Assembly: GCA_035268565.1 (NCBI GenBank)
Contig: DATFKQ010000058.1
Span: 6,295-70,294 of the forward strand
DNA: 64,000 bases
Direction of reading: 5' to 3'
Source of the DNA: Desulfotignum sp.
GTDB lineage: Bacteria; Desulfobacterota; Desulfobacteria; Desulfobacterales; Desulfobacteraceae
Each line of letters begins with the position of its first letter. The first letter of the stretch is position 1. A model generated the notes under the pieces. That model was not told the DNA's origin. It saw only the letters and a list, made by a program, of their open reading frames with translations, and searched no databases. The translations under genes were made by a program, and so were the position numbers. Positions 19,962 to 27,430 of the stretch are shown here, one piece after another.

Positions 19962-20840
19962 TCACGCCCTGAATATGCATTGATGCATTTTCCTGATTGT
20001 TGCCGGTGTGGTACCGCAGCACCCGCCAATGATTTCAACCCCCAGTTCCCGTATTTTTTTCATGTTGCCGGCAAACAGGTCGTCGCTTTCCGGATAAAAC
20101 ACCTGGTTGTCTGCTGCAGGCTGCGGCATCCCGGCATTGGGTTGCATCAGCACCGGAATATCGACACATTTGCGGACCTGGGCCGCCAGCCGTACCATGT
20201 CAGTGCTGCCCAGAGAACAATTGGCCCCCACCGCAGCCACCCCTTTGTCTGCAAGGGTCTTCATGCTGTGTTCCGGGGTGTTTCCAAAGATGGTGAAAAA
20301 TCCTTTCGGCGTTTCTTTAAAGGTCATGGAACAGAAAATCGGTTTGTCCGAAACAGACTGGATGGCCTGAACCGCACAAAGACCGGCATTAAGATCAAAA
20401 ACCGTTTCGACAAGAAACAGGTCAACCCCTTCTTCTTCCAATATCCGGGCCTGGTCCGAAAAATTGTCCTTCATCCTGTCAAAGGAAACCGGTCCGGCAG
20501 GTGCCAGCATGTCACCCATGGCACCCATGTCACCGGCCACATATTGCTCCGGGCCACAGGCTTTTTTTGCCAGCCGCACCCCTTCCCTGTTGATGCGTTC
20601 ATAATCCCGGTCCGACCCCATTTTCTCAAGCTTGTGCAATGATGCCCCGTAAGTGTTTGCCGTAACCACATCTGCGCCGGCGGCAATGTAGTCGGCATGA
20701 ATCTGCCCGATGATCTCCGGATGCCGGATGTTCCAGGACTCCGACGCTTCATCTCCTGCAAGCCCATGGCTGATCAGGATCGATCCCATGGCACCGTCAA
20801 GCAGCAGCCCGTTTTTGCGTATTTTTTCAAAAAGCTTCAT
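19962..20840 (-). CDS. homocysteine S-methyltransferase domain protein (stand-alone MetH/BHMT-like Hcy-binding module)
   Basis: 292 aa. LLLDGAMGS start, DVVTANTYGA, and Zn-ligand cysteines in GANCS and GGCCGTTP. No pterin- or cobalamin-binding domains are attached. Confidence 0.85.
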   Translation of the reverse strand: MKLFEKIRKNGLLLDGAMGSILISHGLAGDEASESWNIRHPEIIGQIHADYIAAGADVVTANTYGASLHKLEKMGSDRDYERINREGVRLAKKACGPEQYVAGDMGAMGDMLAPAGPVSFDRMKDNFSDQARILEEEGVDLFLVETVFDLNAGLCAVQAIQSVSDKPIFCSMTFKETPKGFFTIFGNTPEHSMKTLADKGVAAVGANCSLGSTDMVRLAAQVRKCVDIPVLMQPNAGMPQPAADNQVFYPESDDLFAGNMKKIRELGVEIIGGCCGTTPATIRKMHQCIFRA

Positions 20841-21096
20841 TTAATTACCGTTTTTTCAAGGTTCATATTCACTGATACCATCATATCATTCCAATAAACA
20901 GCATATCTGTCTGGTCAAATTGTAACCTGCTTAAAATTCAAGGATGGCCTTTTCAGCCTATTTGTTTTTTTAATCCACTGTTCAGTCAAATATCCATGCT
21001 GACAACTTATGTATTATCTGATCACAAAAAACAATATCAAGATTTTGGATGTATACAAAATCTTTCAATCTCTGGATAGTCAAATGCCTTTATACC

Positions 21097-21475
21097 ATGA
21101 TGCCCCTTGCTGAATTTTTTGATCTGCTTCATACCTGGACCGGCCGGAGCTGGTTCAGACCCATTGACCGGGCATTTGTGCTATTTTTACACCGCCAGGA
21201 TCCTTCTGCCTCTTCACCTGTGCTGCTCGGAGCGGCCCTTGCCAGCCACCAGCTGGGGCGGGGCCATCTCTGCCTGGATCTGGACAGTGCGTTGACCGAT
21301 CCCGACGGCACCCTTTCTCTTCCGGCCGGTGATGGTCACCCGGAACGACTATAGTCTGGGACTCATGAACGGGGACATCGGCATTGTCCTTGAGGTGGGC
21401 GCTGACCGCAAAAAGGACGGGGATTTATTATTCCAAGGTGATAGCATAACGACTGGTGCCCTGGATTTTTTATGA
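21097..21475 (+). pseudogene. recD: recD (exodeoxyribonuclease V alpha subunit) relic with an internal deletion of the helicase core
   Basis: Frame 1 (21097-~21340) encodes FRPIDRAFVLFL...VLLGAALASHQLGRGHLCLDL, matching the RecD N-terminus (E. coli LRPLDVQFAL...LAAALLSHDAGEGHVCLPL). A shifted frame (21325-21475) encodes PVMVTRNDYSLGLMNGDIGIVLEV, matching the RecD C-terminal SH3-like segment ([22 protein letters not shown]), and then stops. Walker A/B and all helicase motifs are absent. Confidence 0.8.
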
Positions 21476-21629
21476 ATTTTAACCCCATGCCCAATAAAAA
21501 AGAAAAAATTTTTGAAAAAATAATTACAGAAATACCGCCTCCCCTGATACCGCGTTTTTTATCCGACCCCCTTGATGCCTTTTTCCTGGGGGAAATATCT
21601 CTTTTAAAAAGGATTGACAAAAATAATCA

Positions 21630-21644
21630 AATGGTTTAACCATT
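21630..21644. promoter_or_regulatory. GntR/FadR-type operator-like palindrome upstream of the oxidoreductase operon
   Basis: AATGGTTTAACCATT is a perfect 7-1-7 palindrome containing the TGGT-N3-ACCA core typical of FadR-subfamily GntR operators. It lies between a TTGACA hexamer (21614-21619) and a perfect TATAAT (21682-21687). The operon RBS AGGAGG is at 21698-21703. Confidence 0.55.
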
Positions 21645-21707
21645 AAAAATCAAGGTGATTTTCGAACAAAATTTATTCCTGTATAATTTAATCATTCAGG
21701 AGGGCAT

Positions 21708-23783
21708 ATGACCCGTAACAGAATAGAACAACATCCGGTATTGACGGTGCCTGATATCAAAGAAGTGCCGTTTTACTGGAATAAAACCAAATTATCCGCC
21801 CGGGAAAATGAGATGATCTCATCCGCCCTGTTTGCCAATGACATCAAAATTTTCGGTCTTCACCACAAAGATGGATCAGCCCAGGGTATTTTCTGCGCCA
21901 ACGGCCAGTGCGCCCAGTGCACGGTAATTGCCAACGGGATTCCGGTCAAGGCGTGCATGACCCGGGTGACCGAAAACATGATTGTGGAAAGCGTGGAAGG
22001 CCTGCCCCGGCTGCCGGATGTGAAGGAGATCCCACCCATCTCTGATATTGAACACCTGACCACGGATGTGCTCATCATCGGCGGCGGCCCGGCCGGACTG
22101 TCCGCAGCCCTGCAGCTGGAGGAACACGGGGTGAATGCCATCATGGTGGATGACAAGGATGTACTCGGGGGCAAGCTGGTGCTGCAGACCCACAAGTTTT
22201 TCGGATCTGTGGAAGATTCTTATGCAGGCATGCGGGGCATGGATATCGGGAAAATGCTGGCAGACAAAGTGGAAGCTGCGGCCCATATCGCGGTGTGGAA
22301 AAACAGCACAGCCCTGTATGTGTTTGATGACAAAAAAGTGGGCATTCTCAAGGACGGGGTGTATAAAATCATCACCCCCAGGGTGATTCTCAATGCTGCC
22401 GGTGCCAGAGAAAAATTTCTGCGGTTCAAGGGCAACTCCCTGTCCGGGGTTTACGGTGCCGGGGCTTTTCAGACCCTGGTAAACCGGGACCTGGTCAAAC
22501 CCACAGAACGGCTGTTCATCATCGGCGGGGGCAATGTGGGGATCATTGCGGGATATCACGCGCTCCAGGCCGGCATCCAGGTGGTGGGGCTGGCTGAGGC
22601 CCTTCCCCAGTGCGGGGGATACAAGGTCCATGAAGACAAGCTCAAGCGTTTCGGGGTCCCCATACACACCTCGCATTCCATTATGTCCGCCAACGGCAGC
22701 CAGTCGGTGGAATCGGTAACCATTGCACAAATTGATGACACCTTCACCCCCATACCTGGTACCGAAAAAACCTATGCCTGTGACACCATTCTCATTGCCG
22801 TGGGCCTGGAACCGGTGGGTGAATTTGCCCAGGAAGCACAGACAGCAGGCATCCGGGTGTTCAGCGCCGGAGATGCTGCGGAAATTGCCGAGGCTTCCTC
22901 CGCCATGTTCAACGGCAAGATTGCAGGTCTCAACATTGTACGCCATTTCAAGCCTGAGGTGCCCCCCATCCCTGATGACTGGTTTAAAAAAGCCGACATT
23001 CTCAAATCCCATCCCGGGCCGGTGCAGGAACTGGTGCCCCCGTCAAAAGAGGACGGGGTGTTTCCCATAATGCACTGCAAGCAGGACATCCCGTGCAATC
23101 CCTGCAGCACGGTGTGCCCGGAGCACTGCATTACCATGAAAGGGGATCCCATCAAAGGACAGCCGGTGTTTGCGGGTGAATGCAAAGGGTGCATGAAGTG
23201 CCTGACCATCTGTCCGGGGTTGTCCATCACCCTGGTGGATTTCCGCAAAGACAAGGATAATCCCACGGTGTTTCTGCCCTATGAGGTGGGAAATGTACCT
23301 GTGACCAAGGGAGACACCATCCAGTGTGTGGATGTGGACGGCAATCCCCTGGGGCAGTTCACCGTGCTGGGGGCCAAAGCCACCAAAGACAGTGACAGAA
23401 CCATTATTGTAAGGATCAAGGTGCCCAAAGCCATTGCCAAGCAAGTGGTGGGGTTCACCATCCAGGACCAGGCCGTTTATGACAAGCTCACGGAAAAAAT
23501 TCCCCTGGACCAGATCAGGGACGAGGAAGTGGTCTGCCTGTGTGAACGGGTGACTGCCGGGGAGATCCGGGACCTTGTGGAAAAAGGGATCACCGACATG
23601 AACCAGATCAAGGCCCTGACCCGGGCCGGCATGGGGCCTTGCGGCTACAAGACCTGTGAAAACCTGATGATGCAGATCTTCCGGGCCGAGCAGATTGCTG
23701 CCGAAGATATTGTGAAAAATGTCCGCCGACCCCTGTTCATTGAAGTACCCCTGGGAAAATTTGCCAATGGAGGTGAAGCATGA
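21708..23783 (+). CDS. multi-domain Fe-S/FAD oxidoreductase: N-terminal 2Fe-2S (SoxA-type), pyridine-nucleotide-disulfide oxidoreductase, 2x[4Fe-4S] ferredoxin-like, and BFD-like 2Fe-2S domains
   Basis: 691 aa. Cys cluster CANGQCAQC...C near the N-terminus; dinucleotide fold DVLIIGGGPAGL and a second fold LFIIGGGNVG; CNPCSTVCP and CKGCMKCLTICP ferredoxin motifs; C-terminal CLCERVTAGEIRD...GMGPCGYKTC (BFD-like). Resembles the alpha/large subunits of heterotetrameric sarcosine oxidase, opine oxidase OoxA, HcnB, and archaeal dye-linked proline dehydrogenase. Confidence 0.85.
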   Translation: MTRNRIEQHPVLTVPDIKEVPFYWNKTKLSARENEMISSALFANDIKIFGLHHKDGSAQGIFCANGQCAQCTVIANGIPVKACMTRVTENMIVESVEGLPRLPDVKEIPPISDIEHLTTDVLIIGGGPAGLSAALQLEEHGVNAIMVDDKDVLGGKLVLQTHKFFGSVEDSYAGMRGMDIGKMLADKVEAAAHIAVWKNSTALYVFDDKKVGILKDGVYKIITPRVILNAAGAREKFLRFKGNSLSGVYGAGAFQTLVNRDLVKPTERLFIIGGGNVGIIAGYHALQAGIQVVGLAEALPQCGGYKVHEDKLKRFGVPIHTSHSIMSANGSQSVESVTIAQIDDTFTPIPGTEKTYACDTILIAVGLEPVGEFAQEAQTAGIRVFSAGDAAEIAEASSAMFNGKIAGLNIVRHFKPEVPPIPDDWFKKADILKSHPGPVQELVPPSKEDGVFPIMHCKQDIPCNPCSTVCPEHCITMKGDPIKGQPVFAGECKGCMKCLTICPGLSITLVDFRKDKDNPTVFLPYEVGNVPVTKGDTIQCVDVDGNPLGQFTVLGAKATKDSDRTIIVRIKVPKAIAKQVVGFTIQDQAVYDKLTEKIPLDQIRDEEVVCLCERVTAGEIRDLVEKGITDMNQIKALTRAGMGPCGYKTCENLMMQIFRAEQIAAEDIVKNVRRPLFIEVPLGKFANGGEA

Positions 23784-24946
23784 AGCATTTTGATGTGATT
23801 GTTATTGGTGCCGGTTCTGTGGGGGTACCCACGGCCATGGCCCTGGCAAAGGAAAAACTGCAGGTATTGACCATCGATGCGCTGGCATCTCCGGGTCAGG
23901 GCCAGAACAAAAAAGCCATCGGCGGGATCCGGGCCACCCATTCAGACAAGGGTAAAATCACCACCTGCCTGCGCAGTATCGACATCTTTTCCACCTGGGA
24001 AGAAATGCATGGCGATGATATCGGCTGGATTCAGAACGGGTACAGTTTTCCCGCCTATACCGATGAAGATGCCCAAAAGCTCAAGGACCTGATGAAAATA
24101 CAAAAATCCTTTGATCTGGACATAGACTGGCTTTCGGCTGAAGAATACCAGGACATTGTGCCCGGCATCAACATGGATGGATTGCGTGGCAGCACCTATT
24201 CTTCCAAAGACGGCAGCGCGTCTCCGTTGCGCGCCGTCAATGCCTTTTATTTTAAAAGCATGGAATACGGGGCCCAATACCGGTTCAAAGAAAAGGTCAC
24301 CAAAATTGATATCCTGAGCAGCAACGAGATCCAGGTGACCACGGATAAAGATGTCTACTTCGCATCACAGGTGATCAATGCTGCCGGTAATTATGCCCGG
24401 CAGATCGGTGTCATGGCCGGCGTTGACCTGCCGGTGGAGCCGGACAGCCATGAAGGGGCCATCACCGAACCGGTGCAGCGGTTTTTCGGCCCCATGATCG
24501 TGGACCTGCGGCCCTGTGAAGATCCTGCCACCGAAGACTCTGCCAACTATTATTTTTACCAGAACAACGAAGGCCATGTCATATTCTGTCTGACCCCCAA
24601 ACATCTGATCAAGGGCACGGCCTCGGAAGCCACCTCAGTGTTCCTGCCCCAGGTGGCCAAGCGCATGGTAACTCTGTTCCCCAGGCTGGCCAATCTCAAA
24701 GTAAGACGTACCTGGCGGGGCCAGTATCCCATGACCCCGGACGGATTCCCCATTGTGGGTCCTGTGAATGACCAGCCCAATTTCATCAATGCCGTGGGCA
24801 TGTGCGGCCAGGGCTACATGCTGGGACCTGGACTGGGGGAACTGCTGACCCGGATGGTCACTTCCCGGTTGACAGATGAGGACTGGGATGTTTTAACACA
24901 TTTTAATCCTTACAGAGATTTTTCAGGCATGGAACAATTCAAGTAA
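23780..24946 (+). CDS. FAD-dependent oxidoreductase, DAO family (SoxB/OoxB/HcnC/proline-dehydrogenase-beta-like catalytic subunit)
   Basis: 388 aa. N-terminal FAD fold FDVIVIGAGSVG. ATGA start/stop overlap with the upstream gene, which implies translational coupling. Confidence 0.85.
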   Translation: MKHFDVIVIGAGSVGVPTAMALAKEKLQVLTIDALASPGQGQNKKAIGGIRATHSDKGKITTCLRSIDIFSTWEEMHGDDIGWIQNGYSFPAYTDEDAQKLKDLMKIQKSFDLDIDWLSAEEYQDIVPGINMDGLRGSTYSSKDGSASPLRAVNAFYFKSMEYGAQYRFKEKVTKIDILSSNEIQVTTDKDVYFASQVINAAGNYARQIGVMAGVDLPVEPDSHEGAITEPVQRFFGPMIVDLRPCEDPATEDSANYYFYQNNEGHVIFCLTPKHLIKGTASEATSVFLPQVAKRMVTLFPRLANLKVRRTWRGQYPMTPDGFPIVGPVNDQPNFINAVGMCGQGYMLGPGLGELLTRMVTSRLTDEDWDVLTHFNPYRDFSGMEQFK

Positions 24947-24963
24947 AACAGCAGGATTTTTTT

Positions 24964-25671
24964 ATGTTCAAACGCGCCAAACAGAACCGGGTGTTCCAGG
25001 ATGTGGTGGAACAGATACAGGATGCCATTGTGACCAAAAAACTGGCACCCGGTACCCGGCTGCCGGCAGAACGGGATCTCAAGGAGATGTTCAACACCAG
25101 CCGGGGAACCCTCAGGGAGGCTTTGCGGGTGCTTGAGCAGAAAGGGCTCATCGAGATCAAGCTGGGGGTCACCGGCGGTGCCATTGTCAAACGCATTGAT
25201 ACAGATCCCATCATGGAATCTCTGGCATTGCTCATCCGCTCGGGAGAGGTGTCCCTCGGGCATTTGTCTGAGTTCCGCATCAAAATCGAAGGCAGTCTTG
25301 TGGAACTGGCAACAGAACGGGCCACCCCTGATGATATCCTGGAGATGGAACGGTTGTTTGACAAAGCCAGACACTGTTTTGAAAATCAGGACTGGGAAAA
25401 TTTTTTAAAAACCGATGAAGCCATGCACACCTTTATCGGCACCATGACCCGGAATCCGGTATTCCAGTTTGTCCAGAAAAGCATCCATGAAAATATCCAC
25501 CGCTATTACCAGGATTATCTGCCCATGAACCATGAACGGACCCTGGAAAATCTCAACGATTTTGAAAAGATTATTGCCGCTATGAAGGCAAAAGACGGTG
25601 CCACTGCATCTGCCATCATCACAGACCATGTCCGGCGGTTTCATGACAAAATGGCGGGAAAACAGCCATGA
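24964..25671 (+). CDS. GntR family transcriptional regulator, FadR subfamily (FCD ligand domain)
   Basis: 235 aa. Winged-HTH LPAERDLKEMFNTSRGTLREALRVLEQKGLIEI followed by an all-helical C-terminal domain. Starts 17 nt after the preceding gene. Confidence 0.9.
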   Translation: MFKRAKQNRVFQDVVEQIQDAIVTKKLAPGTRLPAERDLKEMFNTSRGTLREALRVLEQKGLIEIKLGVTGGAIVKRIDTDPIMESLALLIRSGEVSLGHLSEFRIKIEGSLVELATERATPDDILEMERLFDKARHCFENQDWENFLKTDEAMHTFIGTMTRNPVFQFVQKSIHENIHRYYQDYLPMNHERTLENLNDFEKIIAAMKAKDGATASAIITDHVRRFHDKMAGKQP

Positions 25672-25849
25672 ATTGCGCTGTCCAATCCCTCTCCGGTTGC
25701 TGCTGGCTGTTATTATCCTCAGGCGGTCCAAGGCCTTACGCCCGGAACCTGAACTCCCCTGCCTGACGGCATCCCCCGGGCAAATGTCTGCCTGTTTCCG
25801 GAGGCATGCCCTTCAGCATCTGATGGTACCATACCTGGGCACCGGTCAT

Positions 25850-27247
25850 TTAAAATGTGGCTTCAATGGCCTGGACAACCGCCTGGACAATGGTATCTAT
25901 CTGGGCTTTGGTGATAATCAGAGCCGGGGCAAAATACAGGGTGTTGTTCAATCCTTCCAGACTGGCATTGGTCCGGCCTGCAATCACGCCCCGGGCCAGA
26001 ACTTTTCCCACAAGATCCGCCATCTGTTCTTCGGTTACAGGTGTTCTGGCTGTTTTGTCCTGCACCAGTTCAACACCGCAGAACAATCCCTGCCCCCGCA
26101 CCTCTCCCACACAATCATACCGTTCCAGCGCAGACAGCTGCTCCAGCAGATAAGCTCCCAAAACCCGGCTGTTTTCCACCAGGTTTTCAGATTCAATGAT
26201 GTGCAGGTTTTCCATGGCTGCTGTCAGCCCACTGGTGCACCCCCCGTAGGTGGAAATATCCCTGAAATAGTTGAACCGGGTGTCCGGATCGGAAGGATCA
26301 TTTAAAAACAGATCATAGATATGCTGCTTGACCACTGTGGCGGACAGGGCCCCATAGGAGCTGGTAAGCCCTTTGGCAAGGGTCACCATATCCGGGTCCA
26401 CATCAAAATGGTCATGGCCCCAGAATTTGCCGGTTCTGCCGAATCCGCACACCACCTCATCCATGATCAGCCAGATATCATATTTACGGCATATCTGCTG
26501 GAGTATGGGAAAATATTCCGGCACCGGCACAAGGATGCCGCCGCCGGCGGTGATAGGTTCCACAATCACGGCGCCCACTGTATCCGGCCCCTGTTCCAGG
26601 ATAATATCCTCCACGTTTTTTGCACAGGCAATACCGCACGCCGGATATCGTGCATCATACGGGCAGCGGTAACAGGCACAATGGGGAAATTCCACAAACC
26701 CCTCCATAAAAGGCCCGAAATCTTTTTTGCGCAGGTCCTGACCTGATGCGCTCATGGCACCCATGGTGGTGCCGTGGTAATCCCGGTTTCTATACAGGAT
26801 CTTGTATTTTCCCTTTCGTTCAGGAATGATATGCGCGGCCTGGCGCACCATCTTAAAGGCTTTTTCATTGGCCTCGGAACCGGAGTTGGAAAAAAAGACC
26901 TTGCCCATTTTGGGCAGTTTTTCCAGAAGTTTTCCGGCAAACCGGATGGCCGGCACCGTGCCGTACACCCCGGCAAAATAAGGCATTTTTTTCATCTGGG
27001 CACAGACCGCATCGGCAATGTCATCTCTGCCGTATCCTGCCAGTACGCTCCATACTCCGCCGGCAGTGGCATCCAGGTATTTTCTGCCCCGGATATCTTC
27101 CACCACAAGGCCGTCAGCCGCCACAATTATCATCTGTTCCTGTGTATCAAAACAGGCATGGGGTTTTAAATGGTGCCACAGGTTGTTCCTGTCTCCATCT
27201 ATCAAATCTTTTACATCAGAGAGCTGCTGTTCCACAGGTTGCTGCAT
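25850..27247 (-). CDS. class III (omega) aminotransferase, taurine/beta-alanine:pyruvate transaminase-like
   Basis: 465 aa. SNSGSEANE; DEVVCGFGRTG, with the PLP-Lys region VTLAKGLTS; FRDISTYGGCTSG. Confidence 0.88.
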   Translation of the reverse strand: MQQPVEQQLSDVKDLIDGDRNNLWHHLKPHACFDTQEQMIIVAADGLVVEDIRGRKYLDATAGGVWSVLAGYGRDDIADAVCAQMKKMPYFAGVYGTVPAIRFAGKLLEKLPKMGKVFFSNSGSEANEKAFKMVRQAAHIIPERKGKYKILYRNRDYHGTTMGAMSASGQDLRKKDFGPFMEGFVEFPHCACYRCPYDARYPACGIACAKNVEDIILEQGPDTVGAVIVEPITAGGGILVPVPEYFPILQQICRKYDIWLIMDEVVCGFGRTGKFWGHDHFDVDPDMVTLAKGLTSSYGALSATVVKQHIYDLFLNDPSDPDTRFNYFRDISTYGGCTSGLTAAMENLHIIESENLVENSRVLGAYLLEQLSALERYDCVGEVRGQGLFCGVELVQDKTARTPVTEEQMADLVGKVLARGVIAGRTNASLEGLNNTLYFAPALIITKAQIDTIVQAVVQAIEATF

Positions 27248-27430
27248 AATTTTTCACACGCTTATCGGTTAAATAGATATTGAGATATATGACAGGGCTG
27301 TTGCTGTCAATAAAAACATTTCACCTGTATATTTGCCAAATTAAGTCTTGAAAAAAACCAGTAAAACTTTTACACTTTGCCAGACCAAATAATTGATTAT
27401 TTTTCTAATCAGATTTTTCAGGAGATATCC

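Noticed and set aside
21363-21620. 85-aa minus-strand ORF between the recD relic and the oxidoreductase operon
   Set aside because: It overlaps the recD C-terminal fragment and the AT-rich promoter region. Its translation (…KKASRGSDKKRGIRGGGISVIIFSK…) has no features of a real protein, and it has no RBS.
21876-23012. 378-aa antisense ORF inside the 691-aa oxidoreductase gene. Similar long antisense or out-of-frame ORFs occur at 15243-15932, 16600-17427, 25598-26305, 36674-37459, 37456-38568, 42750-43412, 45079-45768, 54513-55433 and 56877-57560.
   Set aside because: Each lies wholly within a gene whose protein has strong family motifs on the other strand or frame. The translations are Gly/His/Pro/Arg-rich low-complexity strings typical of antisense frames, and none has motifs or an RBS.
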